Assembly: GCF_006345805.1 (NCBI RefSeq)
Contig: NC_043003.1
Span: 59,024,001-59,088,000 of the forward strand
Direction of reading: 5' to 3'
Source of the DNA: Octopus sinensis
Lineage: Eukaryota
Length of the DNA: 64,000 nt
Both the position numbers and the translations under genes were made by a program. The notes under the pieces are model-generated. The model worked only from the letters and a program-made list of their open reading frames with translations. It had not been told where the DNA came from and made no database searches. Of the stretch, positions 35,956-50,205 are shown piece by piece. The stretch's first letter is position 1. Each line of letters starts with the position of its first letter.

Positions 35956-38900
35956 TACAGAGAGCCACTCGGCCTTCGCTTATAAACCACACACACACAC
36001 GCGTGCAGATACATACAGGCACACGCACACTCACACATTTGTATATATATGTGTGTATATTGATGCTTTGAAGCGCGGTATCGAGAAATCGCTGAAGATT
36101 CTGAGTATTTTAGAGGAATGGGAATAGGAAAAAAGAAACATTTCTGTAGGTACTTTAGGAATTACTGACTCACATAAATAGAAATACATTTTCCTGAACA
36201 TTTAAATAAAATTGCGTGTTGAAGTTTTACAAATAAGTTAGGAAACAATTGGTATGTGTGAGTACTGTCAAGAGAAATAGTTTTAGCATCGTTGCTTTTG
36301 CTCTTGCTTTTCTTTAATTTAGTAAATTTCAAATTGTTCCAACTTATATTTAGTGAAACACCTTAAGAAAATCCTGCAACATTTTCGATGTTGATAGCTG
36401 TGGGAAATCATAGTAAAGTATTTTTTTTACTCTAAAACCTAAACGAAATGCATGGTGAAGTCTGTGATATCTTCTTTAACACATCGTGCTTTACGAAACC
36501 TTAAATCCATAAGTGATATTCCTGAAAAAAACAAAAAAACAAAATAATAATAAAACCCCAAAAAAAACAAAAAGAAAGATTAAAAGGAATTAAAATTGTA
36601 TTTTGTTTTCGATTAAAGAATCGAACTGATAACAGTTTAGGAAACAGCTTTATAGCACATTGATTATGAATAATTAAAATAATTAATCCAAATTTTTCAT
36701 AAAGTCAATAGCTGGACATAAAGATAATACATTCTTTAGTATTAACAGATATAACTTCTTTTTCCTAATTATATTAAAGAATGGTTTGAATTTTAAATAC
36801 ACCTCTAATATTAATTAAAATATTTAAATTATTATTAATATTATGTAAGATATTTGAATAGTATTTAGAATATTTAAGAGGTTTATAGAAATTTGAAATT
36901 AGAAGAAATATAAAAATAAAATGAAATGTGGTAGTTTGCAGAGAGAGAGGAGAGAGAGAGAGAGAGAGGAATAGAGAAAGAGGGAGAGAGAGACAAGAGA
37001 CAGAGAGTGAGAGAGAGAGGGGGAAAGAGAGAGAGCGAGAGGTAGAGAAAAAGAGTAAGAGAGAATGGGATAGAGAGACGAGAATGAAATAATATATATA
37101 GTATAAAACATTCATATAGAAATAGTTTCAGAAAACAAGAACAGAATATTACAAACAGAAGTAGTTTCCTCTATAATACATATTTTGAAAGATTTAACAG
37201 AGCCTAATTCTCAATAGTTTTTTTCCAATGCAATTTTCGCTGTAATTCTATTTGGATTTATTTAAAATATTCAGCTCCCATAATATCAAATGAAATGTAT
37301 GAATCGTTGTATAAATCGAATTATCTGCTATACCAGAATTAGTTTTAAACCATTTATCTGTCGTATATTTCTTTTTCTCAATTTGAAAGTGAATCTTACA
37401 ACTACAGCTTCGTTCTAAAATCCTGTTATTCAGATTTCTGGTTTAGAAATAAAAACTACAGATTTACGAGTTCGACGGCAGCTACAACAATTCCTTAACT
37501 TTGGTGAAGCGATAGCGTGGTTCAAATAAACTGGGATGTAGTAAAAACGAAACTGAATATTGTGATTATAGACATGAATTGCATACAATTAACTTTCAGT
37601 TTCTCTCGTTTTTTTTTTTATCCACAACCTAACATTATGTCATATGTTTGCATACTGTAAATGCCAAGAAGATACTTTTAGCAGCCATTTAACCTAAGAT
37701 TGTATTTTGATCTGATTATATTGACTAAAGAACTTTCATATGAAAACCATTTATGAATACGGTCTTTTTCTTGTTGAAATAAATGTTATCAAGACATCAA
37801 AGTTATATTGATAGTTAAAGGTCATTTTTTTCCTCATTTTTTTCGACGATTTATAAAGATGAGTCACTGAAGTAGTTAAGTACATAGACTATCATTTTCT
37901 ACATATAAGAGGTCAGTTAAAGCTAAGATTGTTAAATATCTTTTAATTAACAATTTCATTAAAATAGAGGGCCAGTTTCTGGTCTCTATTTTCCGCTTTC
38001 ACAATAGAGCTAAATTATTAACGAAGAAAGGTAGAACTTTATGACCTAGTTTTATATTCTTGTCTAGATCTACTTCAAAATATTTTTGCTGTTTTTTGCT
38101 CTTAAATACAGCATCAGTATCGTATGATTTTTCAAAAAAAAAAAAAAGAAGTCTTATACCTTTTCCCGACTCGGAAAACATATTTAGTGGCGAAACTGTA
38201 AAGTAGAAGTGAATTCTGGATCAGGGTTGTAGAACTGAAGACAAGCACTCTAGTTTAAAATAAAACGTAGACAAGCCTCTTAAAACCCACGTGAAAGAGA
38301 TAATTTAAGCCTTAAGGCAAAAAATAACCCCACCAAAACTAAGTCATATATATACCTATAAATTTGCAAAATCAAAGATTCATATGCTTGGATAATGCGA
38401 ATGCTCCTTCATATCCCTTGCTACAGATTATTCCGTGCCTCGAAAATGTGATATCCTGGACAAGATTTTACATCTACTTTAAACTACATTTCACTGTTGT
38501 AATTTTTCGTCTTCAATTATAAAATAATGCTTTAAGAATTAACTTGAACGTCTCACGGTAATTTCTTTTCCACCTCAGCACCTAATTACCGAAATCCTAC
38601 AGCAACAACAGTTTTGCATCTCAATTTCATGAAATAAAATTGTTCTTATGTAAAAAAGACTCTAAAATACTTAGGTCTTTTATCAGAATGCCCCAAAACA
38701 ACCAGGCAGTCAAGAAATTTATCACAAGCTCAAGAAATCTAAATTAAGAATCATTGGACCGTTGAAGGCGAGTATTTGCACTAGAGATTTTATTGATTCT
38801 GAATAAATGAGACGCTAAATCGCTCCAAATAGGTTTTAAATATAGATTAGCTGATTACTGAATTCAAATACATGTCGTGGACATGTTTCGCTGTTTTCAT

Positions 38901-40319
38901 TGTTCGATTATTTAGAAGTAAAGGTGATTTCTAAATTAAGCACAATACCAGATACTTCTGCATAAGGTTACAATCGGCTATATGAACTCTTATGCTTTGT
39001 TGAGTCTTACTTTATTGACACCGGAGGGATTTTACAGAAAAAGTAACTCATTGGGATATGAAGTCAACAGTAAAGAGACAAAGTTTACTGGCACAAAACA
39101 TTTTATATTCAGAAATACCAGACGTAAAAATTACCTGAGAAATTTGTTCCAGGTACATGGGAAAAACTGGCGTTGTATATGAACATAGATCTTGCTGTAC
39201 ATAACTATCGGGAATAATTTGTCTATTATATTGAATTTTTTTCAGCGATATTAATTGAGAGAAGTTTTCATCTAAAACCTGTTTAACATCACAGAACTAA
39301 AGTTGTGTTTAAATCACAATTTTAGTTCTATGATGTTTATATCACTGCATCATGAAAGTTCTCACACCACACGGCAATACTACATTTGCCATAATTTAAA
39401 TACTGTTCAAATATCTTATTACATAAATAAAATTTAATATAATGAAAAAAATATATTACTCAGTTCCAATTTATTAAACACTTAAGGAAAAGTTTAGCTG
39501 CGACTTCGAAGTATAGGCTTATTCGTCCTCGTCGGGGTGTATTACGCTTGGGATCTGTTTGGCTTTATATAGTCTTTTCGGTAGGATGATGGAGGTGGGG
39601 GCCATGTAAAATGATAATTTTAAATAGCCCCACCTTCACTCATCTATAACACCGACCTAGGTAGGTCGGTGATGTGAGTAGAAAGGGAATACTTTAAATT
39701 TTGTCATCAATTTTTAGGTCGGTGATGATTATGTCATTTGAAGTATAGTATAATCTCTCGAAGGCGAACAAACCGAAGCTTCGAAGTCTCTGTCAATCTT
39801 TTCCTTGTAAAAGTCTAATTTATATATATGAAACACTATTTATGTACATATCTGAGTACACGTAAAATTTTCATATTTTAGATATTTTTAGATATTTAAG
39901 ATATTTTCGAAAAAACAAAAAGAAAAGTTATTTTTCAAACGCCATGGGACATACCTCGAAGCGAAAAAACAAAGGAATGCTGCATTTGTCCATTTTCTTG
40001 GCTCTGGGCTGCTATAATTTTCTTTTATCTCAGCCAAATTCCTTATAGGGTGATGTATATTAGCTTCGGGGTAGTAAGAATTTCCTATGCTTTTTCCTTA
40101 CAAGCAAAGAATGCCTGTTGGGGATTCGTAATTTCATATTCTCTATTTTGTTGATATAATTATGGATTCTTCTCAAGCTATAAAGAGAACTCGATTTGCT
40201 ATTTGCTTTGTGTGCATTTCTTTGATGAAGAAAAGTGGAACGAAACAATATCGGTAATGTGGAAGTGATTTTTCAATCGGATCAACTGCTTTTCGCGTTG
40301 GTAGATTCTAATAAATAAA

Positions 40320-40325
40320 TGAATA

Positions 40326-40387
<62 letters not shown>

Positions 40388-40567
40388 TAATAATAATAAT
40401 AGTGATAACAATAATGGTAACAATAATGATAATAATAATAATCATAACAATAACGATCATAAAACAACAAAGATACCTTTCTATCTTTTCATTTAATTAT
40501 CTATTATTTTGCGACATAGTATAAAATTTTCTTTAATAGAGATATTGAATATCCTTCCCACTTATTA

Positions 40568-40619
<52 letters not shown>

Positions 40620-40815
40620 CATCATCATCATCATCCTCATCATCATTATTACTGTTGTTGTTGTTGCTGTTGATGTTGTTGCTATCATTATTGTTATTTG
40701 AAACAATAATAATAACGAATATATTGCTGTCCATTATCACTGCTGTTGCTGCTGTTGTTATCCTTATCCTTATTATTATTATTATTATTATTATATTATT
40801 ATTATTATTATTATT
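40320..40815. repeat. Compound trinucleotide microsatellites: (AAT)n, then (ATT/ATC/GTT)n on the opposite phase
   Basis: Direct inspection; source of the poly-L, poly-N and poly-Y ORFs. Confidence 0.95.
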
Positions 40816-41725
40816 GTTTGTAGTAGTAGCAGTTGTCTTAGAAATAGAGGTAGAAATAGCAGTAGTAACCATCACATCACATCGCATCCCAGATATATCA
40901 AAACGGGACATTTCTCAGTATTATTGTCTAACGTTTAAATTGGACCCAGAATTGAATATATATGTTTAAACAATCGATGTGATATGCCTCCGGAATTCTC
41001 ATTCCCCGAGGGTGAAATTTCAATGATAGCTAATCTGCTTTTGGCGGGCGAATTGAATTGATAAATACTTTTGCATCATCCCTTTCCTTATTCAAGAAGC
41101 AATTGGTTAAATATATTTTTTTATTTTGTTTCATTTTTTTGTTGTTTTGGAGGTGGGCGGTAAATAAGCATTTATCTTCAGCTGGAAGGACACATGAGAG
41201 AACAAATACTCAATATATGAAAATAATGAATCACTCTGACGCTACTCAGAGTTTGTCAGTATGTGCGAAACTTGGGATATTTTGGCGACTGGAGAATTAC
41301 ATACATTCGCGCCCATATACATATATATTTATACACACACGTATACACAGACAGACAGACACACACACACACACATACACACGCACATTCCCCGCTCTGC
41401 GCTAGCGATAAAAACAAGAGTGAATACTGCACCAAAAGACCAATATCAGAGGTTCTTTCATGGTAACTACAACAGAGTAGTTTACTCTAATAAGACATTC
41501 ACGTTTAAATGGGGGATAAATATTAACTCTTAATACAAACACACGCAGACACACAGACACACGCACACACACACAAACACATGTCTATACATGTATGTAT
41601 GCTTTTCAGTTTTATTTCAAGATTTCTTGCCAATAGAGAGAGAGCCGGTTTCTAACCTAGACCCAAGGAATTTCAACATCAACAAAGGCCATTTTTGCAT
41701 GTATGTATGTATGTATGTATGTATG

Positions 41726-41756
<31 letters not shown>

Positions 41757-42129
41757 GTACACTGTGTAGTAAGATTTTCAACATGTAGTACCAAGAGAGT
41801 AACGATATAATAGAAACCACAAAAAGCCTTGTGAAACGCAGTTAGCCAGAGTTTCTGGCCCATATATTAATTTATTTCGACGTGAATCGAACTGTAAAAA
41901 AAAAGCAAGATGATTTAGTAACTGCTTTCCGTGCAATCGACGTTTGAATGAGCATTAAGAAAAAGACAGAGAGAATCATAGGAAATATAATTAATTTCAT
42001 AGAAAATATAACCAGTTCCTTGCGGATATCAAAATTGTTTAAACCAATCCTTGGATGATTTATGAAATACCCTTTACGCAATTTCCACTATGATATATTT
42101 CTTAAAATGTGGATATATAAAAATCTTGC

Positions 42130-42400
42130 TCTTAGTATTTACACTGTTTCTGAAGTCGTATAGAAGATATAGTTTTCAAATGAGTGTAGGGAACATCTTT
42201 TGATCCGTTATTACAGGCTTTGGTCTGAGAAAAGATCTTTCATTTGATGTTGTAGCTGACGTTCTCGTCCCAAAGTTTCCAGACTAATGACGAGAGGATC
42301 GTTGTTTGTCTCTTCTTTGGGTGTTTAATTGTAGAAAAATGGTTGTTGCATCTGGATTTTAAAACTTTATAATATATATTGAGTATTTATTTTGTCATGT
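42130..42400 (-). mobile_element. Penelope-like element GIY-YIG endonuclease relic
   Basis: Minus frame KSRCNNHFSTIKHPKKRQTTILSSLVWKLWDENVSYNIK*KIFSQTKACNNGSK resembles the Penelope GIY-YIG pattern R.NNH...S..VW.L.D....Y.I.WKI......NGSK. Confidence 0.75.
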
Positions 42401-43564
42401 GTCCTTCCAAGCGAATATAAATAGTTATTTACCAGCAAAACATTGAAATGGAATCAAATTTATATCCCTATAATCTTATATATATGTATGGACTTACGTA
42501 AAGCAAATGAAAGCTATATTGTGATCGAAGAGTTCCCGTCTGTCTCGCATCTATCTTTGATAGTTGATATTGCAATCAGTCCTATAATTGTAGCGAAGTA
42601 TCTTAAATATGAATTTCAAAAAGAAAAAAAAGTATAGTAAATAATTTGTACGTTGATAACCAAATAATTATCATCATAATGCAGATGTTGCATAGCAACA
42701 GGCTAAGACTGCTGAGCAGATCTCAGGCCAAAAATCTAGAGAGTTTCATATATAGAAATGTATTATATAAGAAGTCTCTTTCCTTTTCAAGATGATATGA
42801 TGCAATTTCAGACAAATTTGATAACTAGTTCTAAGAGTATTCAACCCGTAGAATTCTTCTCAATTCATTACAATATAATTTTAATTCTCTCTTCAGTATA
42901 TTCCGATATATCAAATATATGCATAATATAACATGATCAGCTTATAGTACAGTGTATATATATATATATTCATCAATATATACCAAATGTATATTGCATA
43001 ATATAAAATATATTGTATAATAAACAATATATGATAATATATAACAACATATATAGCGTGTCATGTAACACACAAACCATAATATATAATACAATATATA
43101 CTGTTAAACTTCATATCATATATTCCACCAAAATGTATTGTATGTACGTTATATATTATGCAACCTATCCTTCAAAGATTATATAATATAGCATAAGCAG
43201 TATAAACCATTATATAACATAGACTTCGCAATACATAGCTTAACGCACATTTTAATATTGGTAATATATTCATCCAAATGTGTAACAGTTACACACATAT
43301 ATAATACATTATAAATAATCATTACAATAGGTGATGTTATATATTGCAGCACAAAATTTAATACAATTTATTCATCAAATCTATATAGCATGTATGTAAC
43401 AATGCGTCATATAACATATCCACTTAATAATATATATAGATAATAATATATTATGTAACGTAAGCATTATAATTTTAAAAATAACATAATAGCATATATT
43501 CTCGTTATACGTTATTTATCATAATCCTTATTCATAATAGATTATAAAATATGCATTATATATA

Positions 43565-43782
43565 CAGTTATCCCTCGCCTTTTCGCGGTTCACCTATTGC
43601 GGTTTATTATTTAAGCTTATGTTGATTCCTCCGTGGTGTTGCTTTGCATCTCTAATAAAATAAATATATACAAATTATAAAAATGATAAAAAAAAAAGTA
43701 CAGTACTATTTCTGCTTCGCAGATTTTCACCTATCGCGTGGGTTTTTGGAACTTAACATCCGCAATAGTCGAGGTATTACTG
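43565..43782. mobile_element. Tigger/pogo-like MITE
   Basis: TA|cagttatccctcg ... cgaggtattactg|TA imperfect TIRs with TA TSD, 218 bp. Confidence 0.75.
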
Positions 43783-43805
43783 TAGTATATATATAAATAG
43801 TTAAC

Positions 43806-44168
43806 ATAGGTGCAGGAGTAGCTGTATGGTAGGTAGCTTGCTTACCAATAACATGGTTCCGGGTTCTGTCCCACTGTGTGGCACCTTGGGCAAGTGTCTT
43901 TTACTATAGTCTAGGGCCGACCAAAGCATTGTGAGTGGATTTGGTAGACGGAAACTGAAAGAAGCCCGTCGAATATATATATATATATGTGTCTCTGTGT
44001 GTGTGTGTGTGTGTGTGTATTTGTCCCCCCACCATCACTTGACTACCGATGTTGGTGTGTTCACGTCCCCGTAGTAGGCTTGCAAAGAATTAGTCCTGGA
44101 GTCGATTTCTTCGACTAAAGGCGGTGCTCCAGCATGGCCGCAGTCAAATGACTGACACAAATAAAAGA
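43806..44168 (+). mobile_element. SINE family A
   Basis: ataggtgcaggagtagctgtatggtagg...ccttgggcaagtgtc...gtcaaatgactgacacaaataaaag. Confidence 0.85.
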
Positions 44169-44488
44169 TTAGCATTTACAGATTAATATATTATATACGT
44201 TACTATACTTTGAATTATATTGTTTTCAATTTTGCAATATTTTAATGTAGTTTATTGTATAAAGAATACAATACGAATTTATAACAAAGGAATATGGTAA
44301 CTACATGCTCAGTAAGAAAGGTTAACTGTCCAAGAATATACCAATCTCTATAATTGTTCGAAATATCACTACCTCATTCTATGAACATTGAATAAACGGT
44401 TAAGTCCATCTAATCGGGATTCAAACTAAAAACACAAACGGACAGAAGAATACCGACGGTGTTCTAACATATCATATTCTATTTCACC

Positions 44489-44520
<32 letters not shown>

Positions 44521-44538
44521 ATGTGTGTGTATGAGTGT

Positions 44539-44574
<36 letters not shown>

Positions 44575-44576
<2 letters not shown>

Positions 44577-44878
44577 GGCACGTGGTTTAGTGGTTACAGT
44601 ATTCGGCTCGTGATCGTAAGGTCGTGAGTTCAATTCTCAGTGGTGCCTTTTTCTTCCTTGAACAAGACACTTTATTTCACGTTGCTTCAGTCCACTCAGC
44701 TGGCAAAAATGAGTAAAACCTGTATTTAAAAATGGGTCACACTCTGTCACACTGAATTTCCCTGAGAACTGTGTTAAGGATACAGGTGTCTGTGGAGTGC
44801 ACGGTAATTTCTCGAGCAGATTGTTCCGTTGATCGGAACAACTGGAACTCTCGTCGTCGTAACCGACGGAGGGTCAGT
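44575..44878 (+). mobile_element. SINE family B, tail variant Z
   Basis: gaaggcacgtggtttagtggtt...gagttcaattc...cacgttgcttcagtccactcagctggcaaaaatgagta is shared with 12488-12740, then a different tail follows. Confidence 0.75.
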
Positions 44879-44964
44879 TATATATATATAGTCCTATGAC
44901 ATATTGCATAATACATACGTACCAGATATACGAAAATGCATGCTATATATGTGTGTGTGTGTGT

Positions 44965-44995
<31 letters not shown>

Positions 44996-45303
44996 ATATA
45001 AATATGTGTGTGTATGTGTATATATAATATATCATCCTTTAACGGCCGAAAGGGATAACACAATATGGTCATTACATCAGCTCACCAATGTACTACGGGT
45101 GTAACTGTGTAGAAACAATGTAGTGGTTTGATTTAAAGAATGTGTTCATTTCATTGTCTCTTATTCATCACTAGATATATAATAGTATGGGTTTTATGGA
45201 ATTCTAGATAACAAGAGGAGTCTGACTGAACGATGACATCCAATAATCAATTACTGTGGAGAAGCTTTGCATAGATTTCTACCCAACATATATATGCATG
45301 TAT

Positions 45304-45635
45304 ATAGTCGCAGGGGTGGCTGTGTTGTAAAAAGCTTGCTTCCCAACCACATGGTTCTGGATTCAGTCCCACTGCGTGAAATCTTGGGCAAGTGTATTCT
45401 ACTATACACTCCGGCCGACCAAAGTGAGTGGATTTGGTTGACGGTGCACCCACCATTGCTTGACAACCGATGTTGGTGTGTTTAAGTCCACAAAACTTAG
45501 CGGTCCGAAAAAAGAGACGATAGAATAAGTGCTAGGCTTACAAAGAATAAGTCCTGGGGTTGATTTGTTCGGCTGAAGGTGGTGCTCTAGCGTGGCCGCA
45601 GTCAAAATGACTGAAACAATTAAAAGCATAAAAGA
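45304..45635 (+). mobile_element. SINE family A with internal deletions
   Basis: Head atagtcgcaggggtggctgtgttgtaa; tail gtcaaaatgactgaaacaattaaaag. Confidence 0.8.
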
Positions 45636-47865
45636 ATTAAAGATTTTATATACATATATATACGTATATATAATGTTTTATAAAGCATATGTGTGTGTTT
45701 GTGTATGCGTTGTGTGTTGTTTTTGAAACTGAATAAGCCACAATGGCGGATGTCTTGTTTTTAAATTTTCGCACAGATATAAACGTGTGTCTGTGTATGT
45801 GTGTGTGTGTGTGTATCCCTACGCTTATCGCACGATCAAGAGAATGTTTTTGTTGTTGGGTTCAAGATAGTCTTTGATTAAGAAGACTTGTGAGGACCAA
45901 AGACATTTACACTGTGATTATCAGGTTTTATTTCTTCATATATTAATTTTAGAACTGCATTTTAACTTAACAAAAATATTTGACACCTATTTGTAGGAAG
46001 TCGAGCAATGGTTCAATTCAGAGTGACAGCGCTTGAGAAGTTCTAGAGCAATAAAACAGAATTTGTAACATCCAAAAAATTTTCCATGTAATTCTAAGTG
46101 CCATTATTTTCATACAGTTTTCAGAAGTGAGAAATTTAAAGAGGGAAATGTAACAAGTTGATATGAATTTTAGTTGAATACTCCCTCCCTCAAGACAAAA
46201 CTGTTTTTAAAAATAGTCTTTTGCAATTCTGCAATAGTCATTCGTAATCATGATCATCAAAAGAAATCGTTTCATTACTTCACAATTAGTTTCTCACCAA
46301 CAAAAGGCAGTTTTCTTGAGGCCCCATTTACTAATTTGTGAAGCATTGTTGTGAGAGAAAGCAGGTGTAACGTCTAAAACTGTTTTTCTATATGGTTACC
46401 ATAATTGGTGCGGGCGACAGAGAAGGGATTCAAGAACTGAATATTGAGGATATACTCTTCAAATTTGCAGTTGTGCTTCTGCTTACAGTGATTTATTATT
46501 TCATTTGTATTAAGTGCTACATCTTTGCAGCTATATTGACTGAGCTGTTCTCGTATCTGTTACCACTTCTTATCTAAGAAGATACAAAACATCACTACTT
46601 CGGTACGTTGTCCGGTATCAACGCACTAGATACAATAGAATAAATTCATGTACCTCCATGTTAAATTACTATAACGACGTAATTTACTGCTTTCTCTACG
46701 ATTTGAAACACAACAGGTGACATGCATTGGTTCTCGTACTGCATTTGACATAGGAAACTACCAAAGAAACATTTATGCAGTATGTGATTGGGCTAAGATC
46801 AAACTGAAAAATAGATCTCAGACATTGTTGAGCTTGTTTCTATTTTCTGACTGCACTTTAGGAAATATCAGTGTTATATGTCAACTGTTCACCTACAACT
46901 ACAGGAGGTATTTGCATAATACCTCCACATTCTACAAATAACAGTCACATGTAGCCAATTCACTTTGTAATTACACGTCTTAAAGAGCCAAGACGGCATT
47001 AGATAATGCATTCATAGATATCGAATATAACGAAAGGAATGGTCACAGCTGGAATGCAAAAATGATCTAACAAAACAGACCAACAATAGCCACAAGGGTG
47101 CTTCCATGCGGTCATTCGATCTTATAGAAATAGCAGCAAAATCTGCCTTAAGTTACAGTCGCTTGATTTAAAAGGTGAAGGGCAGTGATTATTGTCATCT
47201 GTGAGTATTCTACCTGAAAAGTGATGGTAACAACTTCATCGTTTTTGACTCGGGGCTAAATCATCATAACAACAACTAGAAGTTTCGATAACGATGTATC
47301 GAAGACTAAAACAGAATAAATAGGAAGTTGTGATGTTCATGGATTTCTCTTTCTCCCTTCTAGTTCAAAGCATTTGTGACATAATTGAACTAAAAAAAGA
47401 GCTGAGTGTATATAAAGCATTTAATACGATGCTAACACATAAGCGTTGAATTCAAATTCCTCGCGGGTATTTCGGTCTGTATTTGAGCAATGTACTTAAT
47501 CGTACGTGCTTCAGTTTGTTTAACTATTTAGGCTATGTAGCAGATTTTCTGGGAAATACCACCGGTGGTAATTTGGCGTTCTATTCAAGATGCAGAGCCT
47601 TTATAACCGAACCAAAGAACCCTTGATTCCTTTGAGTTCTTCAGGCTTTTATTTTTGGGGAAAATACAGACATGATTGGAAGAATATATTTCCCTTCATG
47701 ACGATGACTATGATGATTATTACGATGGCTACAGGAATAATGATAACGATGGTGGTGATGAGAATGGTGATGATGTAATACAGTAGTGAAAAGAAATGCT
47801 TCAAAATCTATGTTCATTTCGGGAAGGTCTCGTTGTCCCTTAAGCTAGTGGATTACTTCCCTTAC

Positions 47866-48042
47866 ATTGTGTTTTAATGCCCGTAAGGTGGGCGGCACTG
47901 CATGCAACATCAGCCTAGTAAAAGAAACGTTAATAGATAAAGCAAGGAACAAAGTGAGGATACAACAGAACATGCATGCCTGCCTCGTCTGACTAAGCCA
48001 ACTGCCAGCGGCAAGCTTGTTTTTGAATCTAGGAGGCAACAT
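47866..48042 (-). CDS. Candidate first coding exon (possible signal anchor / type II membrane N-terminus); unrecognised
   Basis: ATG at 48042, 59 codons MLPPRFKNKLAAGSWLSQTRQACMFCCILTLFLALSINVSFTRLMLHAVPPTLRALKHN, then AAT|gtaagg phase-0 donor; hydrophobic stretch; unique non-repeat sequence. No homology recognised. Confidence 0.3.
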
Positions 48043-48325
48043 AGCAGTGGCAGCAAGCAGCCTTGAAAATTCGCTAGAGCTGTGTCTATCTATTGCAAGA
48101 GATGCATCTGTTGGGCGAAAACAAATGAGGAAGAAACAGAGAGAGAGAGAGAGACAGAGAGAGAGAGAGCAAGAGAAAAAGGAAAGGGGAAGAGGCAGAA
48201 AGAGAGAAGAGAGGGGAGTAAGAGAGAACGAATTTTATTGTGTATATGAGTGAGTACGTATGATGCAAGTCTTCTTCATTGCATCTTCTGTTAGCAGGAA
48301 AATAATTCGAATAACTGTATATACG

Positions 48326-48327
<2 letters not shown>

Positions 48328-48396
<69 letters not shown>

Positions 48397-48435
48397 AAAT
48401 ACATACATACATACATACATACATACATACATACA

Positions 48436-48467
<32 letters not shown>

Positions 48468-48563
48468 AATTTAAATAAGGGTGAAAAATTGAATATTAAT
48501 TTCATTAATATCAATTTAAAATCAGTGGCCTCTCATATTGAAAAATCTGAAAATGTAATATAA

Positions 48564-48642
<79 letters not shown>

Positions 48643-48680
48643 ATCTATCTATCTATCTATTTATCTATTTATCTATCTAT
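48328..48680. repeat. (CTAT)n and (ATAC)n tetranucleotide arrays
   Basis: Direct inspection. Confidence 0.95.
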
Positions 48681-49174
48681 ACATATATATATATATATAT
48701 TTGTTGATTAGTAATTTTTGCTAAGACATTTTATGCGCCAAATGGGTGTCTGTAACAAGAAAAAGATTCAGAATAATCTTATTAAGAGAGAAACAAAGAG
48801 AATACACACACACCAAAACGTGTTTGTGTAGGTATTTTAATAATTCTGTTTAATAGAATCAGGCATATTTAAGGCATATAAATAGATCCCTTCATCTATC
48901 GAGCTTTCTGTCCTGAAATCATCTTCAATATACATACACACTAACAGTCATTTATATATTTAAGTGCATATGTATACAAAACCCACCCAGCCGAGCGCGT
49001 GAGCGCGCGCACACACACACACACACACACACAGAAGTGATTGTGTTAGTGCATCTGTATATGCAGGATGATTAATGTTAGATGTAGATATTATATAACG
49101 ATATATATAATCGGTATATGTTGCAAATCTATATGTATACTATATATACTAAAATACTTATATGCATATATGTG

Positions 49175-49246
<72 letters not shown>

Positions 49247-49370
49247 GAGAATAGAGAGAGAGAGAGAGGGAGAGGAAGATAAATATATATTTATGGTCAT
49301 TTTCCGAAAGATGGTATCAGGTATTTATCTTAAATAATATATTTATATGGACATCATACAACATATGGTT

Positions 49371-50205
49371 AAGGCGGTGAGCTGGCAGAAACGTTAGCAC
49401 ATCGGGCGAAATGCTTAGCAGTATTTCGTCTGCCGTTACGTTCTGAGTTCAAATTCCGCCGAGGTCGACTTTGCCTTTCATCCTTTCGGGTCGATAAATT
49501 AAGTACCACTTACCCACTGAGGTCGATCTAATCGACTTAATCTCTTTGTCTGTCCTTGTTTGTCCCCTCTATGTTTAGCCCCTTCTGGGCAATAAAGAAA
49601 TAAGAACCGTTAGAACGCCGGGCAAAATGCTTAGCGGTATTTTGTCTGTCTTTACGTTCTTAGTTCAAATTCCACCGAGGTCGGTTTTTCTTTTCATCCT
49701 TTCGGGGTCGATAAATTAAGTACCAGTTGCGTACTGGAGTCGACCTAATCGACTTTCTCCCTCCCCACAAAATTTCAGGCCTTATTCCTTGAGCAGAAAA
49801 GAATATATTTATTTGGACATCATATAACATATGTTTAAGGCGACGAGCTGGCAGAACACGTTAGCACGCCGGGCGAAATGCTTAGCCGTGTTTCGTCTGC
49901 CGTTACGTTCTGAGTTCAAATTCCGCCGAGGTCGACTTTGCCTTTCATCATTTCGGGGTCGATTAAATAAGTACCAGTTACGCATTGGGGTCGATATAAT
50001 CGACTTAATCCGTGTGTCTGGCCTTGTTTGTCCCCTCTGTGTTTAGCCCCTTGTGGGTAGTAAAGAAATAGGTATTTCGTCTGACTTAACGTTCTGAGTT
50101 CAAATCCCGCTGAGGTCGCTAAATTAAGTACCAGCTGCATACGAGGGTCGATGTAATCGACTATCTTCCCCAAACTTCAGCTCTTGTGCTCAAAGTAGAA
50201 AATAT
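49371..50205 (+). mobile_element. Two adjacent SINE D dimers (about 49371-49800 and 49837-50205)
   Basis: The first has the junction gcaataaagaaataagaaccgttag; the second has gtagtaaagaaataggtatttcgtc. Confidence 0.85.

Noticed and set aside
46860-46935. Minus-strand ECGG start resembling a CUB-domain exon
   Set aside because: The frame stops after about 24 codons and no other CUB residues are present.
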